NCBI GenBank assembly: GCA_000165425.1
Contig: CT868018.1
Location: forward strand, 137,204 to 201,203
Direction: 5' to 3'
Source: Paramecium tetraurelia
Taxonomy: Eukaryota
DNA: 64,000 nucleotides
Shown in pieces: positions 42,563 to 54,992 of the stretch. Below the pieces are notes generated by a model. It searched no databases. It had not been told where the DNA came from and saw nothing but the letters and a program-made list of their open reading frames with translations. The translations under genes were made by a program, and so were the position numbers. The stretch's first letter is position 1; every line of letters begins with the position of its first letter.

Positions 42563-44758
42563 ATGTCAGTTTATATTTGGGGAACTACACCTTCATAGGA
42601 AGAAACTACTACACCTAAACAAATAATCATAAATTTCCAAATAACCAAAGTATCATGTGGTGAAGAGCATATGCTATTTCTATCTAATACTAATTAACTA
42701 TATGCATTAGGGACAAATAATTATGGCGTATTAGGAATAGGAAGTGATGATTACTCAGAGAGATCTTTGACACCTTAATTAATCTAATCAAATATAATCG
42801 ATATGGATTGTGGTTGGAATCACAACATTTCTTTGAATATTAACAATAATGCTTTTGTTTGGGGAAAGGTCTTCAATGATATCACACAACCTAAACAGAT
42901 AGGACAATCAATAAGATATGTTAAATGTGGTGCTAGACATACTATGATGATAAATAACAAAAATCAATTATATGCTTTAGGGGCGAATGATTCAGGATAA
43001 TGTGGTGTTCAAAACACAAAGAGAATAAATGAAGTCACTCATGTAATGGATAATGTACTGACTGTAGCATGTGGAGTGTCTCATTCATTAATTAAAGTTA
43101 ATTAATAATTATTAGCTTGTGGATCCAATAATTTAGGACAATTAGGTGTATAAGGAGTCAAGAATACCTTCAAACCTTTGTTGGTTGATATTCCAAAGGT
43201 AGACTAAATAGCAGCAGGAAACCATTCAGCTGCAATATGTTCTGGAAATCTATATATTTGGGGATCAGGTTGTTTTGGAACATTCACTAAACCAACATTA
43301 TTTTTACCTGATATTGTTGATGTAAAAATAAATGGAACTCTTGGATTAGGCGTAGACACTTAAGGATAGTTGTATTCATGGGGTAGTAATGTAAATGGAG
43401 AATTAGGAGTGGGAGATACATAGACTAGAACAGAAGCAGTCAAAGTGTTAAAGAACATCTAACATTTTGGAGTTGGAATTAATTATGCTATTGCTATATC
43501 TAAACGACCTTAACCAGTCACTACAGAGAAAGAATATTTAACTAAGACTCTATAGATAGAAAGTGATGAAAGAAGTGCCTTAGAAAAGATCAATCGAGAA
43601 TTGAAATCTAAATTTGTGGAGTTAGAATAATGCAACAGCGATTTGAGAAAACTCTTAGATGTCAAAAGCGAAGACATCAATAATTTATAAGCTTAAGTTG
43701 AGAGTTATACTAATACTATGGCAAATCAAGAAAGCTAAATTAAAGACCTTAAGTAATAGTGTTAAAGACATCAAACATTTTAAAAAGATGCTATTTCAAA
43801 ATTAGATAAATATGAAGAATTTATTGATGAATTGGAAAATCAACTCAAAGTAAAAAACGAAGAAATTGATGGTCTAACAAATTAATTACAAAACTTTAAG
43901 GATTCACTTAAATAATATTAGGATGATGAAACTTCTTAACTAAATCAATTTAAGAACTAATTGACTGAATTAACTGAACAATTAAATTATGAACAGCAAG
44001 TGAATGAGTAGTTGGTTGAATAATATAGCAAGGAAAGGGAATCATTCCAATAAAGAGGTGTTTTGATCTAGTAATATGAATTTGAGATTGGAAATTTGCA
44101 ATCTTAAAATAAGACTTTGGCTTCTCAAACGAGTAGCTCATTATAGCAACACTAAAAGTTATCTGAAGGCTTAACTATTGCTAATCATAGAATTGAATCC
44201 TTGTAAACTTAAAATGCAAAATTAATGTAAGAACTTAGCTTATTGCGTACGAGTATATATTCTGATTTATAGAAACCTTAAGCTTTAGAAGTATAAACAA
44301 TTATTGGATTAAATAAAGAATTAACCGAATTAAATAACTAGTTATAGAATAAACTTAGAGAAAAGGATGCAGAGATTTTAAAATTAAAGTCTCAATTAGG
44401 AAATCTTGGAACACTCAAAGACAGTCGATAAAGTCTATCTTCTCAAATGAAAACTTCATAATATTAAAATTAGTTGTCATAATAAAATTTGAATATTCCA
44501 AAGAAACAAAAATAGGAGAGTCCCAATGGAAAAACCATATAAGAATTATTAGAATCTGCTCATAAGCATGCCAAATATATGAAAAAGATTTTAAAATCAT
44601 CTGAAAATTTTGAATCGGACACTCCTAGTCCCAAGAAGAAATTAGAATTTTCAAAAGAAAATTCTTTCATCAAAAATGATAGCTTGAGTGAAGTGAGAGA
44701 TAGATTAAATAAGCTACAATAAAATAGATAACTATATGAACAAAAGCTTAGGATTTGA
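42563..44758 (+). CDS. RCC1-repeat beta-propeller protein with C-terminal coiled coil (731 aa)
   Basis: Repeated VSCGEEH, DCGWNH, KCGARH, ACGVSH and GSNNLGQLG, WGSNVNGELGVG motifs; intronless. Confidence 0.92.
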
Positions 44759-44850
44759 TATTATTATATTGCATTTTAAAAATTTTTACAGTTCTATTAA
44801 GAATTTTTATGTTATATAAGATTTGTTTATTGCAATATTAACAATATATT

Positions 44851-47526
44851 ATGAATTATCATTAAAGAATAAAGGAGCTTTGCCCATTTAATATCTAATG
44901 TAAGGATGAAGTTTGTAACTTTTTGCATCCAAGATGCCTTGCAGGAGTTTGTATTTGGTGTTTGCAAAACAATAAAGAAAAATGCGATGGAACTTTATTG
45001 AATTTGAGTAATAAAGAGCTTAGATCCTATCTTCAATAATAAAAAATTAATGGGGTCTTTGCAATGAATCTCTGCAAAAAATAGAATTAATGTGAAGATA
45101 AACAAAATTGTAGATTTTTACATCGAAAATGGGCTGAAGGTATCTGTATTTAAGATATAATTGATGAATGCAGCAATACCGAAACATGTCAACTATAGCA
45201 TGTAAGTTGGGAACTTGTAAAAAAGGAGGCGTATGCATAATTTAATATTCATAATACGAATCCAGAATCAATAGAAAATACTGGAAATCATAAATTGCCA
45301 GACAATTTGTGCATATAATATTTAACTGGTGTATGCGAATTTTATACTAGTTGTTCTAAAATTCATGTAGACTGGGAGTGCTTAAAAAATAGCTCTTATA
45401 CTGATATTAGAGATACAAGAAGAAAATCATGTCTTTTTGAATAATCCACATCAATTATGGTGTAATCAGAAAAATTTACGAGATCGGACGTCGCTAATGC
45501 CTACTTTGATAAGATATACACCAATCAAATTAAAAAAATGGTACAGAAAGCTTAGGTGATAGATGTTTTATTTATTATTGATATTACAGGAAGCATGCAA
45601 AGATGGCTGACTTCTGCTAAGTCGAATATTCACAAAATCATTGAGGAATTCCAGACTCAGATTGATAAAAAAAAGAATATCGTAAGAACTGCTATAGTAG
45701 CCTATAGAGATTTTGGTGATGAAGACAATATGCTATATCGTGAGTTCACCTCCGATACTAAGATTATCTTTGAATTTCTAAATTAGTTGTAAGCTAAAGG
45801 AGGAGGTGATGATCCAGAGGATGTTATTGGAGCATTAGAAAAAGGATTTAGGTTGAATATCAGTAAGGATGTGGAAAGTGTTCTTTGCACATTTTTAATA
45901 TGTGACAATCCCTGTCATGGTCCATATCATGAGAATTTGTAAGATGAGCATTTTGATAAAGTGAAAAAAGGAGATTTAGAGAAAATCATGCAAAAGTATT
46001 TTAATTTAAAAAAATTCAATTTCTTTACTTGTTACAAAATCACAGATGCTACTGACTTGATGTTTAATAAAATGTAAACTACTTTTCCCACCCTAAAAAT
46101 TACAGTTAGTACTCCAGATGACTTTAAGCAATAAGTAATTTTTTCTCTTTAATAATCCTTAAAGTAATCTGAGACAAAAACATCTAATACTTAGTAAACT
46201 TAAAGAATAAGAGCAAATTTTTCCAAATCAAAACCATTCGAAATGAGTAATTCTTTACTAAAGGATAATAATATTGATTATTGGAAGAATTTTCAAAAAT
46301 AGTAAGAGTAAAATAGTGTTGAAGGAGAAACCTTATTAATCATTAATAAAAATTAAGAAATCCTTCCAGAAAAAGATAGAGGGTAATTATGCTAAATATT
46401 TAAATTATTTGATGTAGTACTGAATAGAAATCTGGTTTTAAAATTACCTTATTACATTATAGAATCATATAATAAACAGAAAGAATTGTCGTAAAAGGAG
46501 AATGAAGATTATTAATTGTTCATAAAAAAGAGATATATTTCATTGCTAATTGCCTAATAATTAGCAGATAGTTTTAGATAAAAAACATAATCCATTGAAG
46601 GAGCACCACCAATTTTTTATGTCTCACCAATCATTTATGAATTATAAACACCATTCATGGGCGTTACTAAATTATTCGCTGAAACTTATATAGACCTGCC
46701 AAATTTTTGTGAATGGAAAAAATATACAAATAATACAAAATATGCTGATTAGGATGAATATTATTACACATCCTTCTCTCATTATTCATATGAGGCTACC
46801 TAAGGAAAACTAATTATCACAGACTTATAAGGCAAGAATAATATCTTATCTGATCCAAGCATTCATACAATTGATGAAGAAATTCGTGAGATGCTTGGGT
46901 ATGATGAAACCGATTTTAAGGAAAATGGAGTCCTTTTATTTTTTTAACAATAGCATCGTTATTGCCACAACTTTTGCAAAAAACTCAATTTAAAGCCTTT
47001 TTAAGACTGTTAAGAGCTCTCATCTAACTCAAATAACATTATTGAAATAAATAAATCAATTTCTTGGGGCTGTGATGATGTCGTATATGTCATCTGTTAA
47101 GTATGTGGAGAATTTTAAGATTTAAAGTATGATGATTATTTAAAGAAACACTCTTGCACTTGTGATAATTGCTTAGAAGACAAAGAACCAATTCTCCTTA
47201 CTTGTATTTGTTGTAGAAAATAATTTAAATGCTTTTATAACTAGGAAGTAAAAGTAGGGAAAATACCTTCGAAATGTGATTAATGTATTTCAAAGTGTGT
47301 CAAAGGGAACCTCGAGTGTGTGTATTGTAGTTGTTATTGCGAAAGTAGAGTAAATAACAAATAAGTCGGCGATGATAAAATAGCAATTTGTAATGAAGGT
47401 GTTAGATTTCTAAATGCTTTAAAATGTTCGAAATGCAATTAGTTATATAATTATGAAGTTTAAATCACGGCAGATGATTATAAGATTTCAGTTTATGTTT
47501 GCAAAAATTGCAAACAGCTAAAATGA
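44851..47526 (+). CDS. Alpha-kinase with four CCCH zinc fingers, vWA domain and C-terminal Cys-rich domain (891 aa)
   Basis: Four CCCH motifs; vWA DVLFIIDITGSM and GGGDDPED; alpha-kinase ETYI, FSHYSY, ITDLQG...LSDPSIHT, HRYCHNFC; many CxxC pairs at the C-terminus; intronless. Confidence 0.9.
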
Positions 47527-47573
47527 TTTCTTATAAATTAATATGGAACTAATTTTATATATAAAATTAACAT

Positions 47574-48891
47574 TCATTTTTTAGCTGCCTTCTTTGGTTT
47601 CTTAGATGGTTCTATAAATATGGATTGAATTTCATACTTTTAACTTATTACAAAAAGGCTTAAATATGTTTAGCTGCTTCCGATTTCTTTTCTAATTCGA
47701 TTTAATGTAGTTCTTTTAATCTTCTGAATTCCTCTTCCAATTGTCTTTCTCTTCCCATCTCTGAATCAACTGCTTTGAAATACTCCTATCTATCTTTCAA
47801 CTATTTCTCAATTGAGGCACATTCACTTTATAAATCAGTTAAATTTTTCATATATTCCTCCATCATCTGATCGTATATTTATATAGCTTCGGACAATGAT
47901 TAATCTTGAACTTATTTACGCCTCTTCAAAGTTGCCTCTTCCTGTGTATTCTCATCCTTCATTTTAATAAAGCGAGCTCTCTATGCCTATAGTTCAGCTG
48001 CTAATTTGTCTTCCTTGGTTTTATGGTCTTTTTCTAATGCCTCATACTTAGTCTGGATTTCCTTTGCCAATTGATCTTATCTTTTTTGTTTATTAGCTTT
48101 AACTTCTGCAATAGATTGCTTCAACTTCTCGATTTCTTCCTTCATTTTGTTCATGTTTGCAGCTCTTTCCTATCTAATCTTTTATAATTCTTGTTCTAAT
48201 TAGCTTTTAGTCTTCTCTTAGCCTGCAATCTATAAATGTAGAATTATATAAATACTTTAGACTTTAAATCTTCCAGTTATTTAACATGACTATTTTATTC
48301 TTCTTATGCTGTACTTAACTTTTTCAACATAACTATTTTGATACACTTTACGCAATGTAACAAATCACTCATTTCTGTGTTGATATTTGTTTTCATTCCT
48401 TTAATGATATCATAATCCTTTGGACAATGTTAAAGTCTCCTTAACAAATTCTTGGAATTTTCTTAGAGTAAGTTTTCTAATCTTTCTGATTCCATTTTCT
48501 TTGTCTCATCTATCTCCTCTCCCTGATTTAATGCTGTATCTAAATTTGCATAAGGCCTGTATTTCTGTTCAATTTCAGCTTAGGATTACAGTAGTTTCAT
48601 AGTTTCTTCTGTTAGCGGTTACTTAGCATCTTTTAAAAATTTTCCAGTTTAAAAGCGCCCAATAAATTCAGTATCCAAATATAAACAATATTCTAAATTT
48701 TAGATAAGCTAATCCAAAACTCTTAAAACTCTTTAGGCCTCCACGATCGTTGGTTTTCCTATGATTGTAGACATTAGGTTTTTTATAATTTCTTGATGTC
48801 CCTCTTGCAAAGACCTCTACTGTTGTTTGACTCTGTTTTCACCAAGACTTGTTTCCATCGTCTTTGCGAATTGTTTATGTGCTCCTTTCAT
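47574..48891 (-). CDS. DRC10: Dynein regulatory complex subunit 10 (IQCD)-like
   Basis: TIVEAQRVLRVLDQLI N-terminal motif, long coiled coil, IYDQMM, IQ-like AAKHIQAF, lysine-rich tail; two introns. Confidence 0.75.
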
Positions 48892-48931
48892 TATTATATT
48901 ATTTTTAATATATATTATTAATATAAAATTA

Positions 48932-49403
48932 TCACTCCTTTTTTGTGCTAAGCTCATGAATATCTAAAGCTATGTTCTAAATTATGTTCAAGTTTATTAC
49001 TAAATCAATTGAATCTATGCTTCCCAGACGATGTCTTTAGACTTCCTTTTCTTTTTTGAGTACCTCCTGAATTCTTAAAAATTTTTCCTTGTGTCTACGA
49101 TCATATTGTATTTTGGCCTTTTTGTATTTATTCTATAGTGTTTAAATCAATTGAAAAAATACAAACCATAATTTATTTCCTAGTTCTATTCTTAAATAAT
49201 AACTATATTAAATCGAAATCAGTTCCCAAAATAGAAACGCACTTCTCTAATTTCTTTAAATCTTCTTGATTCCAACAAGGATTTGAATTGCATTTGTTGA
49301 TTTTGGTTGCTTGTTATTTTTTTTAGATTCTGGGTCTCTATTTCAATAATTCTTTTAAGGTTTCGCTATCCTTTGCGCTGCCTTCGCTTGATAAGGAAGC
49401 CAT
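48932..49403 (-). CDS. Small Myb/SANT-domain protein of Bdp1 (TFIIIB B'') type
   Basis: WNQEDLKKLEKCVSILGTDFDLIQLLFKNRTRKQIM|NKYKK matches the Bdp1 SANT pattern; requires a 34-nt intron. Confidence 0.7.
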
Positions 49404-49523
49404 AAAATAATTTATTTTATTTTATTTGCAATAAAACTGGTGGGGGCCATGAAGGAGAGAGAGAAATATCAATAAATATTTTTATATTTTGTATTATTAT
49501 AAATTTTGTCGTGTGTTGCTATC

Positions 49524-49762
49524 TCAAATAGTCCATGGCTATCCATTTACAACTGATCTTTCCCACACTGGAAGTACACCTCTCTGATAATATGAATTTC
49601 TTAATGGTTCAAAAAGACCAAAATGAGCCAATCCCAATGCTAACAACATTCAAAATCTATTTTCATACCTAAAGTTGTAAATAAGATTTCTCTTCTGCCT
49701 CCTTTTCTGGATTGTCTCATAAAATAGTTGCTTGGTAAGGTCGTAAACCAATGTTTTGCCAT
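49524..49762 (-). CDS. Small single-TM protein (69 aa), possibly mitochondrial
   Basis: MAKHWFTTLPSNYFMRQSRKGGRREILFTTL|ALGLAHFGLFEPLRNSYYQRGVLPVWERSVVNGQPWTI; one 29-nt intron; GC content above the flanks. Confidence 0.7.
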
Positions 49763-50788
49763 TTACTTTTATTTTTATATAAATTAAAATAATTAATATT
49801 TATCTCTTAGTAATATACTACTTTTATACATATATTATTTCATTAGCATTTAATTATAATAAAACTTACTTGTAATCTAGATATTTTTATATTCGGCATT
49901 TTGATACCATTTGGTATCCTAACTAAATTAACTCGAGAATTACTAGCTTTATTATTTAAACTTATTAAAAAAAAGAGAACTAGGTTATCAATAAAAAATG
50001 TATCCTCATTCCAATCTATCATGTGTAAAATATAAAACTTAAATATAAATTATTCTTTAATATATACAACATTAAGATAAATATTATTTTTCATTCATTG
50101 CTATAATAAGGATATTGTTTTGATGTATTCCATCTGTCTATTTGCTGATTTCTTGTAATATTAAAAATTAAAATAGGTATGTATTTATAAAATATATTCA
50201 CAAAGTGATTTTCATCTCCTTTCTCTAAAATACAGTTTAAATTTCTTTGCGCCCTTTCCAATCAGAATCATTCTACAATTAATTATCATCCATCTTAAAA
50301 AATGAATAAAATTTTAATTATATCCCATTTATAGTAATTCCAGTAATAATTCTAAATCAGATATTTATTTCATTCTAATGTTAAATTAGAATTTTTCTAT
50401 GATAGATTTAAAGACTCGTGAAATTACTCCTACTTCTTTTTTATAAAATAATTAATAACAATTAAATCATTTGCTATTTAAAAGGAAATTTATTATTTAT
50501 GTATCTGATAATAGTTAATAAATAAAAACTGTATCGTTGCATTTTATTCATTAATTCTGAAAGGTTTTAGAGTAGATTCGTATTTAATATTCTTCTATTA
50601 ATACTCGTTCAAAATAGATAGAGCCGTAAACATAATTCAACATAAGTATTGCTTCAAATTACATTTAACATATGATTTATAGCCAAATCCTTAAATCTTA
50701 AGAGATACTTTTTTAGATTTAGACTCCATAATTTAATAAAAACAATAATTACACTCATATTGTAATATTTATTAATCATAAAAATAAT

Positions 50789-50794
50789 AAAAAA
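50789..50794 (-). terminator. RNA polymerase III oligo-T terminator
   Basis: T6 run on the minus strand 3 nt downstream of the tRNA 3' end. Confidence 0.65.
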
Positions 50795-50797
50795 TTT

Positions 50798-50869
50798 TTC
50801 CGATACCGGGGATTGAACCCGGGTCCCCAGGGTGAAAACCTGATATCCTAACCACTAGACTATACCGGA
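50798..50869 (-). tRNA. tRNA-Glu (TTC)
   Basis: TCCGGTA acceptor stem pairs with TATCGGA; D arm TAGTCTAGTGGTTAGGA; anticodon arm TCAGG-TTTTCAC-CCTGG; T loop GGTTCAATCC; 72 nt. Confidence 0.96.
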
Positions 50870-51233
50870 AATGTTAATATAAAATCAACAAATAGAATTT
50901 TATATGGCAACCGAGAAGACTGACCAACAATAGATTATAATTTCATTATGATCATCTGAATTTGGCAATTTTAGAATTATTAATACAATCAAAAATGAGA
51001 TAAGTTGAAATGCTTGAATTAATTAATGTAAAGAGTCCTAAATTTATGGGAGTAACAAAAAGGATTACTGAAAAATAAAAGAGACAGAATAATCTAATTG
51101 TCATTTTACTTAAGATATCAGATAATCATTCTCTATATAAGTAGATTTGATATTCATTTAACTTGATAATAGGAAACTACAATTAAAGAAAACTCTTATA
51201 TTTAAGAGCTCTTATGATAGCAATGTTATAAAA

Positions 51234-51631
51234 TCACACTTATTATTTTGATTACTCCGTTTTTTTTTGTACTTCTTCCATAGCCTTGGTTTTCATTCTA
51301 TTGATTTTATCAAACAAGAATTATTTTTCCTATTCTTCTGTTTCCCAAGAAGTCTTGAAAATAATATAAATCTATACTTCTGGTCCTAAACCTAATTTAC
51401 TCAAATCTTCTTTTTCCATAAGTCCATTATTCATTCTGCATTGCAAATAGTCAACTTAATATTTTCTACATCTCTTTGGCATGTTCTCATGTTTTTGGAT
51501 GCATTAATTATATTATTTTGCTTCATTGTCACACTCATGAAAATGATCTAATGGAAATGCTCCCTTATCTTATGATAATAATATGAATTACCTGGTCCTT
51601 TTGATGAACTCTACTTGCTCCTATTAGACAT
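51234..51631 (-). CDS. COX19: Cytochrome c oxidase assembly protein Cox19
   Basis: PDKGAFPLDHFHEC, twin CX9C, YLQCRMNNGLMEKEDLSKLG; two introns. Confidence 0.93.
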
Positions 51632-51675
51632 AATTAAAATTTAAAATATTTATATATAGATATATATTTAAAGTA

Positions 51676-53459
51676 TCACATATGTTAATTTTCTAAAATT
51701 GTTCTATATTTATCCTTCAAAATTTTAAGTAATTGAATATAGGCATTATGTTCCAGTTTGTATTTCTGAGCATTTTCTTAAGCAATTTGGATTAGATTAT
51801 CATTTTTTTTCATGACTACATTAATTGCCTTGCCTGTTTTGAGTTTAAATTGTACAGAAAACAATTTCTCATTTCTATTATCTTCCAAATCAACACATTT
51901 TATGAGTTATTTGTTTGGTGTGATAGATTTATAATTCAACTATCTTTCTGGAGTTTTATTAAATTAAGTATTGACTTACTCTCTCAATTAAACAACAATA
52001 CCATTCTAAGATTTATTTCTATAACTATTTCTATTAGTGCTTTTACCAGGATAATTAAAAGACTTGTTGGTAGCCATTTTCGAAATATACTCTTAGCTGG
52101 ATTAAGGATTTTATTCAATAGTCAAAATAGTCGATTTAGTTTGGTGATGGAAATAATTATTCTGAATAGATTTGGTTTTATAGTTATTATCATTCTCTTA
52201 TCTAATAAACTAAGAGATATCATAAATATTGATAGAATCTCTGTTTTTAGCTACTTTATCTGGTTTCAAAATTTGTTCCTGTTATTAAAATAAATCTTAA
52301 TTGAAACTATCAAAAACCTTTTCACAACCAACTTAAATATAGGTCTGAATTTCTGAATAACATTTTTCCTCAATTTCTACTTAAAATTATTTAAATTATT
52401 CCAATCCATTTTTCATAGAGTCCTAGATGGTTGTAAATTTATCTTAAGAATTACTCATTTCATTAAATGCTGATCTACTTGTATAGATTTGAGATTGAAG
52501 TTTAGAAGTAGATCTTTAATAGATGACTTAAGAATTGAAATTTTAATTCTTATTTGTATCATTTTCAAGCCATCTACTGATTCTTGAATTTTTAGGAGTA
52601 TTATCATCACCAATTTAATTGAATTTAGTTAAATTGACTTCTGAGTATTTTTGCTAGGTCTATTATAATGTATTAGTATTTTTATTTGAAAAGCTCATGA
52701 CTTAGTCTTATCTGATTGATGGACTGCTTTATGAATCGTTTAGATTAGATTTGCTTTGATTCTCCTAATTTTGCCTTAAAGGGGAATCTGAATCGCCAGG
52801 TACATATGTTTGAACTCTTCTCATTTGGATTTACGATTAGTTAACATTTAATTCTCTTTGTCTGAAGGAATGAGTAGAATTCGTTTTTTATTAGTTGCTT
52901 CCTTGAGAGTTATCAATTCTAATGGAGTTTGGTGAGGCTTCGCTTTCAGTTTGAGAAACATTTCCATTTTTTTATGAGATACGGTTAAACTTAAGGACAG
53001 AAATTGTGGATGATTTTTGATGTCTTTAAGACATATTTACGCTCTGTTATTGCATCTATAATTAAAGGGCCTGAGGGAATAATAGAAATGTGTACGTAGA
53101 TAAGATGACTAAGATTTTATTTGGTGATGCAGGATACTTCATGGTAGCTCATTCCATACTTTGCAGAGAATTTAAGGGCATTTTCACCTTTGTAGATGTA
53201 AAGCATTTTTACTCGAAACTTTTCTACGATCTATGAGATCAAGTTTATTGCCAATCAAATAGGTACTCTTAGTTTAGGTTTCCGAATTGTAACGATTCTT
53301 TAAGTATTCTAGGCTGTTTTGATCACTAATGTCAAATAAATAGATTGCAACATCAGGTCTAGATGTAACCAATTCTAACTGGAATTGTTATTAAAGTAGT
53401 TCAATTAGAGTTCTTTTTCCAACACCATTTTTGCCTATGATTTAGAATTACATTATCAT
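51676..53459 (-). CDS. Truncated Rab-like domain fused to a long S/Q/N-rich region
   Basis: IIGKNGVGKRTL, IYLFDISD, LIGNKLD, EVSC; no DxxG motif; long low-complexity extension and small C-terminal globular segment. The 3' exon structure was only partly checked. Confidence 0.7.
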
Positions 53460-53483
53460 TAATTAATTAGTTGTTAATTTTAT

Positions 53484-54042
53484 ATGACTTCCCCTTCACG
53501 CCTGTAAATCGAATAAGCACTTGAACTTGAGAAACAATTTGAAGATGGTGATACTTAATACGAACAGATAACTGAATTAGCACTTATCTATAGATAGTTC
53601 ATCGAATACTATGATTTGAATAACAATCCAATGAAATAATACTTTATAGAAAAGATGAAGCGTTTAATGCAATCACCTTGCACTATGCAAACCTTGATTG
53701 TTTCAGCCCCAAGTACAAGGCGTAATTCACCTACTGGTCAAGAGAATCTAAAACATTATTATCAGAATTATCAATATGAAACTATGAAAAACCAAACTAT
53801 TACTCCTAGAGGGATTAAATAATTACAAAATGTAATTTACTCGATATTTATTTTTTTAGGACTTTTTGTATTAGAAGGAGAATATTGAAAAGATAATAAA
53901 TAATGATTATGCCAAATAGTTGTAGTAAGTAACGGAAAAATTATAGTAACGAAAATAGAAAAAGGGTCCTAGTAGAAAGTCTCCAAACAGAACCTTCACC
54001 AAAATTTATAAGCCTCCGACTCTAGACATGCTTGATTTATGA
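53484..54042 (+). CDS. Hypothetical protein, tandem paralog A
   Basis: FIEYYDLNNNPMKQYFIEKMKRLMQSP; one intron; TGA at 54040-54042. Confidence 0.75.
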
Positions 54043-54267
54043 TTTGATAGTTGTTATTTATATTGAGATGGTTGTTATAGTAATATGAAAATATTGAGTA
54101 TAATTTTAAGTAATGAATTTTAAAGATTCTAATGACTTTTTCATATTTTTGTGGCTAGATTCTATTTTATTTCGCTTGTTTCAATCAACATGGTATATAC
54201 TTGCTATTTTTAAATTGTAATATGAACTTTGGGGTAATTATTAAATTTTGCAAACTAATCTACTTAT

Positions 54268-54933
54268 ATGTCTCGATTTTGTGCTAGAAGGGAGTTTAAT
54301 TTGGAATATTATTCAAAGCTGAATGGATTGGAGTAGAGTTTTTTTAGGGAAGAGATCGAAACAAAGGAATTGATGCAATTGATATTAAGGATAGCTGAAC
54401 TAGTTGAATATTTCGATTTGAAAAAAGATCCTGTAAAGGGTTACTTTTTGGAGAAAATGCAATATATTCTTTCTCGACCTTATACACTTAATAATTTAAA
54501 AAAGAAAGAGGATGAGAATACAATCAATAAGGAAATGAAAAAGTCACGTCACTCTCATTTCTCCTCAAATGTATAGAAACTTGAAATGTAGTCATTATTA
54601 CAAAGTAACTCTGAAGATAATGAAGGAACAATAAAATTATTATAAGAAGTATGTAATTATTAATAATAATAATTATAGGATTATGAAAAATAACTAAACA
54701 ATTAAACTTTATTGGTTTAAATGGACTTGGACAATTAGATGGGCATAATTACGAGTAAATTGAGACATCGAAAGAATAAAAGCATGTTTTCCCCTTCCAA
54801 TAGAATCAACAATTAAGGGGATTAGTAGAGAGGAACGACAAGATAGAATACTTGTAGTTCGAGAAATTCGGATCGAGGATAGATTAATCATGATGATAAT
54901 ATTTGTTAAATTCTGACAACACAAAATCAATGA
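54268..54933 (+). CDS. Hypothetical protein, tandem paralog B
   Basis: LVEYFDLKKDPVKGYFLEKMQYILSRP; one intron at a position similar to paralog A. Confidence 0.75.
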
Positions 54934-54992
54934 ATATAAAATTGTTTTGTATAATTAAACATAACAAGTTATTAATGTATTTCTTTTAATAA

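Noticed and set aside
50798..50869. Possible suppressor tRNA-Gln reading TAA/TAG
   Set aside because: The anticodon is TTC, so this is an ordinary tRNA-Glu.
51850..52293. 147-aa hydrophobic plus-strand ORF
   Set aside because: Antisense to the hydrophilic tail of the Rab-like gene.
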